This document shows positions 43,451 through 54,152 of a stretch of DNA of 64,000 nucleotides, in pieces (position 1 is the stretch's first letter; the number at the start of each line of letters is the position of its first letter). The position numbers were made by a program, and so were the translations under genes. The notes below the pieces were generated by a model that saw only the letters and a list, made by a program, of their open reading frames with translations, was not told where the DNA came from and searched no databases. The stretch lies in NCBI GenBank assembly GCA_043809585.1, contig JBDROZ010000026.1:1-64000 (forward strand). The letters run 5' to 3'. This DNA is from Candidatus Eiseniibacteriota bacterium. Its GTDB lineage: Bacteria; Orphanbacterota; Orphanbacteria; Orphanbacterales; Orphanbacteraceae.

Positions 43451-46318
43451 ATGAAGAATCAGCGAGGCTTCACGCTCGTCGAACTCGCCGTGGCCCTCCT
43501 CATCTTCGCGGCGGTGGCGACCGTCTCGTATCGCATGCTCATCGGAACCCGGGAGGCCTACACGACCCAGCGGGACCTGGTGGAGACCCAGCAGAACGCC
43601 CGGCTCGCCATGCAGACGATCACCAGCGATCTCCGGCAGATCAGCTTCGGCAAGGACGCGACCCAGCCGTCGGTGGTCTACGCCGGCATCGACTCGATCG
43701 TCTTCGTGGCGGACCTGTTCGACACGATTCCGGGGGCCGAGGTGGTGTCGATCCACCTGACGCCCACCCTCGACTCGGGGACCGTGAACCCGAGCGACCG
43801 GATCATCGCGAGGACCGTCTGGGACACGACGGGCGGGGAAGTCCTGACCGGTCCCGTCGCCTACGGCGTCGCGGACAGCGGTCTGACGTTTCTCTACTTC
43901 GACCGGGACGGCGACCCGATGGCGTTCCCCATCGTCCAACCGGAGCACATCAGCGAGGTGGAGGTGGCGGTGACCGCCCAGACCGCCCACAGCAGGGACG
44001 CGGTGGGATATCAGGACGTGACGATCACGTCGATCGTCTATCCCCGGAACCTCCCGTTCACTCCCCCCATGCCCCGGCCGAACCCGCCCGGGTGCGGGGG
44101 GCTCACGAGCCCGAACTGCGAATCCCTGACGATGTCCTGGACCACGCCGACACAGAACACGGACGGCTCGGAGCTCCAGTTCAACGACATTTCCCATTTC
44201 TCGGTCTATTACGGGGCGACCACGGACTCCATGAACCTCGACACCCGTCTGGCGAGGAACATGAACGAGTGGACCGTGAAGGACCTGGTCGGCGGACAGA
44301 GCTACTACATCGCCGTCACCGCCACGAGCGTGGCGGGCGTCGAGAGCTTCCCGTGCCGCCGGAACGGGGCGGTCGGCGCGGCGGCGGCCCCGAAGGCGCC
44401 GGAGTCCCCCTCGGTCGGCGGGGGCGTGGGGGCCGTGGGCCTCACCTGGAGGAGCGTGACCGAGGACACCCTGGACAACCAGATCACGGCCGAGGTCACC
44501 TACACGGTCTACCGCGGCGCCTCGTCCGGGTTCGCCCTGGACGGGGGAAGCCAGCTCGCCGCGGGCCTGTACGACACGACGTACACCGATTTCGTGAGCG
44601 ACTCGTGCGTGACCTTCTTCTACCGGGTGACCGCCGAGGCATGCGGGATCGAGGGGGAGGGTTCCGCGGAGACGTCGATCTCCCTTCCCCCGAAGCCCTC
44701 CTGCCCCCCCGTGGTTTACGCCCAGGAGGGGTCCTCCTCGGGAGAGATCGTGGTCCTCTGGACCGCGCCGACCACCCGGGTCGACGGCAGTCCCCTGCCC
44801 CCCTCGCAAATCTCGGGACACCGGGTCTACTACTCCCTCGTGCCCGGAGCGTACACGGATTCGGTCGAGGTCGGGGTGATCGCGTTCCGGGTGATCTCGG
44901 GCCTCCAGGACTGCTCCACCTACTACGTGAACGTCGCCACCATCGACGACTGCGGCGTTCGGGGGATGCTCTGTCCCGGCCAGGAGGGGGCGGCCCGGAC
45001 CTCGGCGCCCTGCAACGAGTACGTCCCCGAGGAGGTGGATTGGATCTCCCTCTCGCCGGGCGACCGGAATCTGGAACTGACCTGGGCCGCGAACCGGGTC
45101 GACTGCGACCTGGACGGCTATCGCGTCTACTACGGCGACATGCCGGGCGTCTACAACGGCACGACCGCGACGGAGGGCCCCTCCCCCGTATTCATCAATG
45201 CCGCCGCCGCCCATCTCGACTCCAGCACGGGCCGGTTCACCTTGCACGGCCTCGAACCGTGCACCCAGTACTACGTGAACGTCACGGCCGTCGATGTCTG
45301 CACTCCCCCCCTGGAGAGCGCCTGGGGGCCGGAACAGACGGACATGACCATCTGCGGCTCCTGCGATCTCGCGAAGGCCTGCGTCACGGAGATCGCCGAA
45401 GGAGGAAGCCAGGAGCGGATCCGCTACCAGATCGGGAACGAAGGGGGGACGAACGTCACGGTGGAGTCGATGGAGATCGAATGGGGCGGCGGCACGGGGC
45501 TCCGGGAGATCGTCTACGACGGCGTGACGGTCTGGGATTACACCGGCGCCCACGGAGAGGACCCGACCGGGGTCCAGTACTCGCCCGTGGTGATCGACGT
45601 GGACGACTTCGGAGTGGGGTCGGACGAGGACTTCGGCGATCCGCGGGAGATGGAGCTCGTCTTCGACGGCACCGCCACGGGAGACATGGTGGACGTCTCC
45701 TTCGACACCAACGAAGGGCTTTGCACCATCACCCTGTCCCCCTGCGGCGTTCTCTTCGAAGAGGACTTCACGCAGTCGAACGGCGCCCCCCAGGGTTGGA
45801 CCCCGAGGACCGGGTCCAACTGGAGAGTGGTGGGCAACACCCTCCGAACCACATCGGACGGCCGGATCACGCCGGACGCGTTCGGATTCTCCCACGGCGA
45901 CTACACGGCGAGTGTCCGCACGAAGGCGGGCGGGTCGAGCGCGTACCGGCGGGGGGGGATCTACGTCCGCTACAACGACACCGGCAACTACTACCTGCTC
46001 CGGTACTATCCCTATTTTGACCGGCTCGAACTGCTGAGAAAGGTGAACAACGGGGCGCTCGTTACGCTGGCGTCCACCTCCCAGTTCAATATCTCCGACG
46101 ACACCTGGTACGACCTCCAAATCGCCGCCTACCTCAACACCTTCCGGGTCTGGTTCGACGGCCAGCTCGTCGACTGGGACGGATCGACCGGGACGGTGGT
46201 GACCGACAACGCCATCTCCACCGGGAATATCGCCATGTACGGCTGGTCCATGGGAAACGCCTACTTCGACGACGTCCGGGTGGAGCCGACCTGCGGCTGC
46301 GGCGGATCGATCCCCTAA
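43451..46318 (+). CDS. Giant PilW-like minor pilin (955 aa) with FN3 repeats and C-terminal ConA/lectin-like domain
   Basis: RG|FTLVELAVALLI; QQNARLAM...DLRQ; four W...Y.VYY...YY..V.A repeats; about 20 Cys; ends FDDVRV. Confidence 0.85.
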   Translation: MKNQRGFTLVELAVALLIFAAVATVSYRMLIGTREAYTTQRDLVETQQNARLAMQTITSDLRQISFGKDATQPSVVYAGIDSIVFVADLFDTIPGAEVVSIHLTPTLDSGTVNPSDRIIARTVWDTTGGEVLTGPVAYGVADSGLTFLYFDRDGDPMAFPIVQPEHISEVEVAVTAQTAHSRDAVGYQDVTITSIVYPRNLPFTPPMPRPNPPGCGGLTSPNCESLTMSWTTPTQNTDGSELQFNDISHFSVYYGATTDSMNLDTRLARNMNEWTVKDLVGGQSYYIAVTATSVAGVESFPCRRNGAVGAAAAPKAPESPSVGGGVGAVGLTWRSVTEDTLDNQITAEVTYTVYRGASSGFALDGGSQLAAGLYDTTYTDFVSDSCVTFFYRVTAEACGIEGEGSAETSISLPPKPSCPPVVYAQEGSSSGEIVVLWTAPTTRVDGSPLPPSQISGHRVYYSLVPGAYTDSVEVGVIAFRVISGLQDCSTYYVNVATIDDCGVRGMLCPGQEGAARTSAPCNEYVPEEVDWISLSPGDRNLELTWAANRVDCDLDGYRVYYGDMPGVYNGTTATEGPSPVFINAAAAHLDSSTGRFTLHGLEPCTQYYVNVTAVDVCTPPLESAWGPEQTDMTICGSCDLAKACVTEIAEGGSQERIRYQIGNEGGTNVTVESMEIEWGGGTGLREIVYDGVTVWDYTGAHGEDPTGVQYSPVVIDVDDFGVGSDEDFGDPREMELVFDGTATGDMVDVSFDTNEGLCTITLSPCGVLFEEDFTQSNGAPQGWTPRTGSNWRVVGNTLRTTSDGRITPDAFGFSHGDYTASVRTKAGGSSAYRRGGIYVRYNDTGNYYLLRYYPYFDRLELLRKVNNGALVTLASTSQFNISDDTWYDLQIAAYLNTFRVWFDGQLVDWDGSTGTVVTDNAISTGNIAMYGWSMGNAYFDDVRVEPTCGCGGSIP

Positions 46319-46342
46319 GCTGTTGAAAAAGAATACATACAC

Positions 46343-46365
46343 GCGCCCCCCCGGGGGGCGCTTTT
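46343..46365 (+). terminator. Putative intrinsic terminator after the minor pilins
   Basis: GCGCCCCCCCGGGGGGCGC hairpin followed by TTTT. Confidence 0.55.
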
Positions 46366-46380
46366 GTGTAGGGGGACCGG

Positions 46381-46405
46381 TCAAGTTCCCCGGCCGCCGG
46401 CCGAT
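46381..46405 (+). promoter_or_regulatory. Sigma28/FliA-like promoter upstream of pilM
   Basis: TCAAG-N14-GCCGAT. Confidence 0.55.
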
Positions 46406-46451
46406 CCTCAGTATGAATTGGCGTCCTCTGCCCAAAGGGAGACCAACGGCC

Positions 46452-47498
46452 ATGCGATTCTTGAACGCGTTCATGAAGGCCGATACGGGAATGCTCGGCC
46501 TCGATATCGGCAGCCGCTCGATCAAGGCGGTGGAAGTCTCCCGCAGGGGGGGCAAGGTCGGAGTCGCCCGCTTCGGCGTCGCGCCCCTTCCGGCGGACGC
46601 CATCGTGGACGACGAAGTGATGGACCGGGAGGTGGTGGTGGAGTGCATCCAGGACCTCCTTCGGGCAAAGGGGATCCGTTCCCGCCACGTCGCCTCGGCC
46701 ATCTCGGGACGATCGGTCATCGTGAAGAGGATCACCCTCGACTCGATGACCACCGAGGAAGCCGAAGAGGTGATCTACTGGGAGGCGGAACAGCACGTTC
46801 CCTACGGAATCGACGAAGTCTCCCTCGACTTTCAGATCCTCGGGGAGAACGGAAACGGAAAGATGGACGTCCTCCTGGTCGCCGCCAAGCGGGACACGGT
46901 GGACATACACACTTCCCTGCTCCGGGACGCCGGTCTCATTCCCACCGTGGTGGACGTCGATTCCCTGGCGGTCCAGAACTCGTACGAAGCGAACTACGAA
47001 TGGGACGCCGAGGAAAAGGTCCTCCTCATGAACGTGGGCGCGTCGGTGACCAACGTCAGCCTCGTCACCGGGGGGGCGCCCCTCTTCACGCGCGATCTCT
47101 CGGTGGCGAGCAACGCCTTCGTCGACGAGATCCAGCGGGTGCTTTCGGTGGACCTGGAGGAGGCGGAGGCGATCGCCCGGGGGTCGGAAGAGGACTACAA
47201 GGAGAAGCTCCGGCCGATCCTGGACACGGTCGGCCAGGACCTGCTCCTCGGCGTCGAGCGATCCCTCTCCTATCTGAAAGGCTACACGGGGTCGGCGGAC
47301 ATCTCCCGGGTACTGATCTCGGGAGGGGGGGCGCTCATCCCCGGCCTTCACGAATACGTCTCCGGTCATCTCGGCGTTCCGGTCGAAGTGGCGAATCCGT
47401 TCCGAGTCGTCGAAGTGGATCCGGCCATCGCCATGGAGCACAACCTCGAATTGGTCGGCCCCTCGCTCATGGTGGCGGTCGGCCTGGCGATGCGGTGA
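46452..47498 (+). CDS. pilM: Type IV pilus assembly protein PilM
   Basis: GLDIGSRSIKAVE; VLLVAAK; ISGGGA; VAVGLAMR. Confidence 0.95.
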   Translation: MRFLNAFMKADTGMLGLDIGSRSIKAVEVSRRGGKVGVARFGVAPLPADAIVDDEVMDREVVVECIQDLLRAKGIRSRHVASAISGRSVIVKRITLDSMTTEEAEEVIYWEAEQHVPYGIDEVSLDFQILGENGNGKMDVLLVAAKRDTVDIHTSLLRDAGLIPTVVDVDSLAVQNSYEANYEWDAEEKVLLMNVGASVTNVSLVTGGAPLFTRDLSVASNAFVDEIQRVLSVDLEEAEAIARGSEEDYKEKLRPILDTVGQDLLLGVERSLSYLKGYTGSADISRVLISGGGALIPGLHEYVSGHLGVPVEVANPFRVVEVDPAIAMEHNLELVGPSLMVAVGLAMR

Positions 47499-47510
47499 GG
47501 GGGTGACGGG

Positions 47511-48125
47511 ATGATTCGAATCAATCTGATTCCCCGCGACGAGCGGGTGACCACGAAGACGGCCGGTCCGAACTGGATTCTCGTCTCCGGGGTGACGGCC
47601 CCCCTGGTGTACGCGCTCATCTTGGGGGCCCTCGTGACCTGGCAGAATCACCGCTCCGTGGTTCTCGACGAGATGATCCATCAGGAGGAGCAGGCCATGG
47701 AGCACTACGGGCCGGCCCTCGCCAAGATCGACCAGTTGACCAAGGAGAGAAAAGAGGTCCGGAGCCGCCTGGACGCGATGGACGGGCTCGACCGCTCGCG
47801 GCGCCTGGCCGTGGCCCTCATGGAAACGCTGAACCGGAGCGTGCCCCGGTTCCTCTGGGTCGACACGGTCGAGGAGGTCGACGAAGGGGGCCTCGCGCTC
47901 GAGATCAAGGGGAACACGTTCTCGAACCTGATCGTTTCCGATTTCATCGAACGCCTCGAGGAGACCGAACTCTTCGAGATCGTGGAGCTCAGCATCGCCA
48001 AGGAGGCGCGCATCGGGAAGACCAGAGTCGTCGAGTTCCGCCTCGTCGTTCGAGGGACCGGGCTGCTCCCCGAAGAGTACGGGAGAGATCTCGCCGGCGT
48101 CCCCTCGATGGTGAAGGGAGGATAG
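47511..48125 (+). CDS. pilN: Type IV pilus assembly protein PilN
   Basis: MIRINLIP motif; TM; coiled coil. Confidence 0.9.
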   Translation: MIRINLIPRDERVTTKTAGPNWILVSGVTAPLVYALILGALVTWQNHRSVVLDEMIHQEEQAMEHYGPALAKIDQLTKERKEVRSRLDAMDGLDRSRRLAVALMETLNRSVPRFLWVDTVEEVDEGGLALEIKGNTFSNLIVSDFIERLEETELFEIVELSIAKEARIGKTRVVEFRLVVRGTGLLPEEYGRDLAGVPSMVKGG

Positions 48126-48128
48126 CCC

Positions 48129-48806
48129 GTGGCCGTGAACGTGGACATTCGCGACCCCCGGGTTCAGAAGATCGCCTTCGCGGCGATCCTTTTCCTGGGA
48201 CTCAACTATCTCTTCTTCTTCACCGACTACGCCTCCTGGTTCTACACGCCGAAGAACGCCCTTCTCGAGGAGAAACGTGCGAAATACGAGCGTCTCGCCG
48301 TGCGGGTGGAGGAAGCGAAGCGGGCATCGGCGAACCTGCCGAAGCTGGAAGCGGAGCTCGAAGAACTCCACGCCCGATGGGAAGTCGCCATGAGCCACCT
48401 TCCGGAGAAGAAGGAGATCGCCTCTCTGCTTCGCCGGGTCACGCTGGCCGGGGAGCGGTCCGGAGTCCGGTTCCTTCTCTTCGAGCCGGCCGAGGTCTAC
48501 GGACACGGTGTCTACGACGAGCACCCGGTCAACGTGAAGGTGGAAGGGGGCTATCACGGCATCGGCGAGTTCTTCGGGAGGCTCATGAACCTGGAGCGCC
48601 TCGTTCAGGTTTCCCAAATCCGGATGAAGGCGCACCGGACCGAAGAGGAAACGCAGACGGTCCGCGGCGAGATGTTGATTTCCGCGTACACCATTCCGCA
48701 GCAGGGGATCGAGACGGCATCCGGCCCTTCGATCCCCGCGGAGAGGGCTGGCAGCGACAATGGACATTCGAAGCTACCTGACGAAGACGATTCGAACGAG
48801 GAGTAG
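48129..48806 (+). CDS. pilO: Type IV pilus assembly protein PilO
   Basis: LPEKKEIASLL; GGYHGIGEFF...LERLV. Confidence 0.9.
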   Translation: MAVNVDIRDPRVQKIAFAAILFLGLNYLFFFTDYASWFYTPKNALLEEKRAKYERLAVRVEEAKRASANLPKLEAELEELHARWEVAMSHLPEKKEIASLLRRVTLAGERSGVRFLLFEPAEVYGHGVYDEHPVNVKVEGGYHGIGEFFGRLMNLERLVQVSQIRMKAHRTEEETQTVRGEMLISAYTIPQQGIETASGPSIPAERAGSDNGHSKLPDEDDSNEE

Positions 48807-49506
48807 GCGAACCCTGATCATCGCCGGCGCCGCCGTGGTGGTCGCGGGCGGTGTCCTCGTGCTGCGCGGTCCGGTTCTCGCCGGAGCGGCGGGGGGCGGT
48901 GCGCGCTGGGCCGTGAACAAGGTCGTCCACGCCATGACGTGGCGGGAAGTCTCTCCCGGGGGCGAAGAGACGGCGCCGAACGCCACCGTGACCGGCCGGG
49001 TCCGGCTCGCTTCCGGTCCCCCGTTTCCCATGGAGGTCCCCGGGGACGGGAACCCGGCCGACCGGCTCCCCCTTCCGGAGGGGGAGGAAGAGGGAGGTCC
49101 GTCTCCCAAGACCGATCCCGTTCTCGAAATTCCGGCGCCCGACCTGGTGACACCCCTCGAGGAAGAACGGAAAGACACCCGGGAGGAGCTCCCCCCGTAC
49201 CGCAGTTTCGGTCTCCGGGACCCGATGCTGCCCCTCGTGACCGCCTACGGGGACGACGACGGGGACGGCCGGTTCAGCGTGCATATCCTGACCCTCGTGG
49301 GCATCGGCAAACAGAGCGGTGTCCGCGTGGCCCTCTGCGAAGACCCGAAACGCAAAAGCTATCTCTATCGGACCGGTGAGTGGACGGATGACGGTGGGCG
49401 GGTCGTGGAGATCACCGAGGACGCGATTACCTTCGCCCATGTGCGGTACGGGGAGACGAACCGTTTCACCCTCCGCCTCGAGGCGCGAGAGGAGGAGCAA
49501 CAATGA
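48760..49506 (+). CDS. PilP-like protein with TM anchor and no lipobox
   Basis: Position between pilO and pilQ; RDPMLP motif; C-terminal LVGI...GRVVEI beta-domain. Confidence 0.7.
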   Translation: MDIRSYLTKTIRTRSRRTLIIAGAAVVVAGGVLVLRGPVLAGAAGGGARWAVNKVVHAMTWREVSPGGEETAPNATVTGRVRLASGPPFPMEVPGDGNPADRLPLPEGEEEGGPSPKTDPVLEIPAPDLVTPLEEERKDTREELPPYRSFGLRDPMLPLVTAYGDDDGDGRFSVHILTLVGIGKQSGVRVALCEDPKRKSYLYRTGEWTDDGGRVVEITEDAITFAHVRYGETNRFTLRLEAREEEQQ

Positions 49507-50849
49507 GCTTGGATGCGGGCTGCGCGCGTAGACGGAGCGCGTCGTCCGGGGACAAGCGTTCCCGGGCGGGTATCGGCATCGTGGGCATTCTGCTGCTCCT
49601 CCCGCCGATTCTCGCCGCAGGGGCGTTCGCGAACCCGGGCGACCTGATCTCGATCGACGTGCAGAAGGCCGAAATCGGGACCGTACTCCGGACAATCTCC
49701 GATTTCAGCGGCAAGAACATCGTCGCCGGGCCGGAGGTGAACGGCGAGGTCTCGGTCAGGCTCGCGGACGTCCCCTGGCAGAGCGCCCTCGACGTCGTCC
49801 TCCGGGCGAATGGTTACGGGTGGAAGGAGGAGTCGGAGGGGATCATCCGGGTCTCGACCATCAAGAGCCTCCAGAACGAAGACGTGGAGAAAGAGGCCGC
49901 CGAGCGGAAGCGGGAAGAGCTCCTCCCTCTCGTCACCAAGATCTATCCGGTCAACTTCGCGAAAGCGGACGAGCTGAAGGAGGCGGTGGAGACGATCCTC
50001 TCCAAGCGGGGAGAGGTCCACGTCGATGCCCGGACCAATTCGGTGCTCATCAAGGATATCCCCCAGCTCGTCGAAATCGCGTCGAAGCTGATCGTCGAGC
50101 TCGACCAGGAGACGAGGCAGGTCGAGATCGTGGCCAAGCTCGTCGACATGGACGCGAAGGTCTCCCGGGAGCTCGGCATCGAGTGGCTGGCTTCGGGCCT
50201 GAACAACCCGGGCGTGGACGCGACGGCGGAGGCCGGCGTGATTGCTCCCCTCGCGACGCCGATCGGCCAATTCAGCGTCGGCACGGTCGGCCCGGGCGGC
50301 GCCCTCGACGCCACCCTTTCGGCCCTCGCGACGGAGAACAAGGCGAAGATCATCTCGAACCCGCGGATCACGACGCTGGACAATCAGGAGGCGTGGATCC
50401 TGGTCGGAAAGAAGATCCCCTTGATCGTCTCCGACCCATCGGGCAACCCGATCACGGAATTGACCACCATCGGCATCCAGATGACGGTGACCCCCCACGT
50501 TCACAAGAACGGGAACGTGACCCTCGACCTCCATCCGGAGGTGAGCGATCTCTCGTCCCAGGCGACCGTGCAGGGCGGGATCATCATCGTCACGAGCGAG
50601 GCGTCGACGCGGGTCATGGTCGAGAACGGGAGCACCGCCGTGATCGGCGGGCTCATCCGCTCGAACAAGTCCCAGGCGGGGCTCGGCGTCCCGTTCCTCC
50701 GGGATATCCCGCTTCTCGGGCGCTTCTTCAGTTCCAGCTCCGACGTCGACGAGCAGCGGGAATTGCTCATCTTCGTGACGCCCACGATCGTCCAGCCCGA
50801 GGATCTGGCTCGGGCCGCCCGGACGCTCTCGGAGGAGGGAGTGCGATGA
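49503..50849 (+). CDS. pilQ: Type IV pilus secretin (short, no AMIN domains evident)
   Basis: VPWQSALDVVL; DARTNSV; SNPRITTLDNQEA; VPFLRDIPLLGRFF; ELLIFVTP. Confidence 0.92.
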   Translation: MSLDAGCARRRSASSGDKRSRAGIGIVGILLLLPPILAAGAFANPGDLISIDVQKAEIGTVLRTISDFSGKNIVAGPEVNGEVSVRLADVPWQSALDVVLRANGYGWKEESEGIIRVSTIKSLQNEDVEKEAAERKREELLPLVTKIYPVNFAKADELKEAVETILSKRGEVHVDARTNSVLIKDIPQLVEIASKLIVELDQETRQVEIVAKLVDMDAKVSRELGIEWLASGLNNPGVDATAEAGVIAPLATPIGQFSVGTVGPGGALDATLSALATENKAKIISNPRITTLDNQEAWILVGKKIPLIVSDPSGNPITELTTIGIQMTVTPHVHKNGNVTLDLHPEVSDLSSQATVQGGIIIVTSEASTRVMVENGSTAVIGGLIRSNKSQAGLGVPFLRDIPLLGRFFSSSSDVDEQRELLIFVTPTIVQPEDLARAARTLSEEGVR

Positions 50850-53800
50850 GTACGATCGGAACCGGACGGCACCTCCTGCCCAAGATCTTGATCCTGTCCG
50901 GCCTGATCCTGCTCTGGATCGGTTGCCAGGACGAAGGCTCGATCGCGCCTTTCGAGCCTACGCCCCTGCCGGACGCGTTTCTGAACTCCCTCTCGGCGAA
51001 CCCGAGCATGCTCGGTCTCGGGGGCCGGGAGGCGGAGCTCCGCGCCTTCGTCGTCGACACCGACGGGAACCCGGCGCCCGGTGTGGAGGTCAAGTTCAAA
51101 GCCGATATCGGAAACGTCGGAGCCACGGCGATCACCGACACGGCGGGCATCGCGACCGTCGTCTTCCAGAGCGGCAGCGAGAAAGGGACCGCCACGGTGG
51201 TCGCGTCGATCGGCTCCTTCGAGCTGACCACGTCGATCCTGATCGGCGCCAACGAGCTGACCGTGAACAAGACGTCCGCCCTCGCCGACGGACGCTCGGA
51301 GATCGACGTCTCCGTGACCGTGTACAAGGTGGACGGCCACCCGGCCGCCCTCATTCCCATCACCTTCGCGGCCACGGTCGGGACGATCCCGGTGCAGGCC
51401 GTGACCGACTCCTCCGGATTCGTCCGTGTCCGGCTCACGGGACCCGCGAGCAAGACGGACATCCAGGCGGAAATCTCCGCCACCGTGGAGGGGGGAGACA
51501 TCGGAATCACAGACGGGACGGGGGATCCGGATGCCGACCAGGTGGTCGGTGTCGCGCTCGTCACGTTCCGGGGGATCACGCTGGCCCTTACCTCCGACGA
51601 CGCCGATCTCGTGGCGTCCGGGTTCGACTCCACCGTCGTCCGCTGCCTCGTGGCCGAGACGGTGAGCCGGGTGCCGGTGCAAGGCCTGGAGGTCGCTTTC
51701 GGGACCGACCTCGGTTCGATCGAGTCGTCCGCCAGGACCGGGCAGAACGGGGTGGCCGAGGCGGCCCTGGTCAGCGGCATCTACGCCGGCACGGCCCATC
51801 TCGTGGCGTTCGTCGAAACCCTGAGCGATTCGACGACCGTCGAGTTCACCCCGCTCAAACTGGAGCCGCTGAAGGCGACGCCCCGGTCGGTCCTGGTGGG
51901 GGGGAACCTCTCGACGATCTCGACGCGGATCCTGAACCAGAGCAACAACCCGGTGAAGGGCCTCGAGGTCCGGTTCAAGACGGACAAGGGGGTGATCCCC
52001 GGTCAGGCGATCACCGACGCCATGGGACAAGTGGCGGTGGCGCTGACCAGCGGCGACACGGCCGGCGTGGCGACGGTCCAGGCCTGGTTCGGTTCCCTCT
52101 CGGTTCACACGGACGTCGAGTTCCGGCAGGCCGTGGCCGAACCGATCCGCCTGACCGGGATCGTGATCACGCCGAGCCGGCTCGTGGCCGACGGCATCAG
52201 CCAGGCCACGGTGAGCACCCGCCTGCTGAACGAGTCGAACAACCCGGTGGTCGGGGGGATCGTGGAGTTCGCCACGGACCTCGGCGTGATCGCCGAGTGG
52301 GACTCGACGGACGAGCAGGGGGTGGCGGAGGTCTGGCTCACGAGCGTCTACTCGGAAGACACGGTGACCGCCCACGTGAGCGCCAGTCACGGGAGCCTCA
52401 CCGTCGCCGACTCGATCCACTTCCTTCCCCCGGCGACCAAGGTCCCGAACTCGCTCATCCTCTCGCCCGACACGACATCGATCCAGGTGGCGGGCCTCGG
52501 CGGCATGGAGGGCATCGTTCTGACGGCGATCGCATTCGACGCCGCGGGCGACACGGTGATGGGGAACTGGGACGTAACGTACCGGATCCTCTCCGGCCCG
52601 GGAGGGGGCGAATACCTGACCTGGCCCGACTCGGGCGCGGGCGACGAAGTGACGGTGCCGATCACGAACGGCCGCTCCCGGATCACCCTGACCGCGGGGG
52701 TCATCAACGGTATCGTGAACGTGCAGGCCTCGATCGGCACGATCAAGGCGACCGGCCAGGTCACCATCGACGGCGGGCCGCCCGCCTCGGCGGTGATCGG
52801 CATCGACTCGGTGGACAACATCCGCTTCGGCGGCGGCGTCTGGCTCTGGACCGTGAACGTCATCGTCCGGGACGCCTACGGCAATCCGGTGCGGGCGAAC
52901 ACGCCGGTCTACATGTCCCTCCACGCCGACTCGTGCGGGTCCGGAATCCCTCCGGAGGACCTCCAGATCTACGGCGGCGTCTTCACCGAGAACATCACGA
53001 ACTGCAGCCCTGGTCTGCCGGAGCCGGGACTGGCCTACGCCTGTCTCGCGGCGCCTCACGACCAGTGGGAGTATTTCCCGAGCTTCGCCATCGAAGTTCG
53101 GTCCGGCACGAACCAGCTTCTCAACTGCCTTTTCATCGATCGGGGCGGCTCGGGCGACGACCCTGCGAACGTGGTCCTCGTCGACGTGGAGAGGACGAAC
53201 CTCTCCGTCGCCGGCGTGGGAGGCGAGGAGACGTCCCAGCTCACCTTCGAGGTGCGGGACGATCAGGGCCGGCCGCTCCGGGGGGGGAACCACCGGACCG
53301 TGACCTTCCAGCTCGTCTCGGCGCCCGCGGGGGCGACCCTCTCGGTGGCGTCGGACGTGACCGACGACTTCGGACGGGTGTCGACCTCGGTGGCCTCCGG
53401 CACGGCGAGCGGCGTCGTGAAGGTGCGGGCGACGTGCGAGGGGGCGTCCTCGAATGTCGTGAACCTCGTGGTCAGCGGCGGTCCGCCGGACGGGCCCACT
53501 TCAGCTTGGCCGCGTCGAAGGTCAACATCGCGGGCCGGCTCCTCTTCGGGATCGCCGATCCGATCACGGCCTTCCTCTACGACCAGTACGGCAATCCGGT
53601 GCCGAAGGGGACGGCGGTCTACTTCTCGTCGAACTTCGCCGGCATCCAGGGGTCCGCGGTGACCGACTCGGTCGGCCGGGCCTCGGTGACCCTCTACTCG
53701 GCGGCGCCGATTCCCGGTTGCGGGGAGGGCGGGCTCGTGGAGATCACGGCGAGCACCGTGGACGGTTCGAACGAAGTGATCACGGCGACCACGACGGTCC

Positions 53801-54135
53801 TCTTCTCCGGACCGACGGCGATTTCCTCTCTGCCGAACACCTTCGCCGTGCCGAACGGCGGCTATCAGGACTTCGTGGTCCAGGTCGGCGACGATTGCGG
53901 AAACCCGCTCGTCGCGACATCCATGATTCAAATCACGTCGAGCGGCGGAACCTTGGTCGGAAGCACCCTGGTGATGATGCCCGACACGAGGTCCACGGGC
54001 GCGACCCAGGTCTGGGTGCGTCTGTTGGACGCCAACTCGATCGAAGACGAAGGCCCCGAGGGCGCGACCATTACCGTTCAGGTGACGAGCCCGAACGGCG
54101 ACGCGAGCCTCGTGATCTTCGGAACCATCGATTAG
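50846..54135 (+). CDS. Invasin/intimin-type Big_1 repeat lipoprotein (~1096 aa), frameshifted near 53492
   Basis: Lipobox WIG|C; many ADG...V.F.TD.G...TD..G.A Ig repeats; adding one G at 53492-53494 joins the frames as GGPPDGAHFSLAASK. Confidence 0.8.
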
Positions 54136-54152
54136 AGGAGGGGGGTGACACG

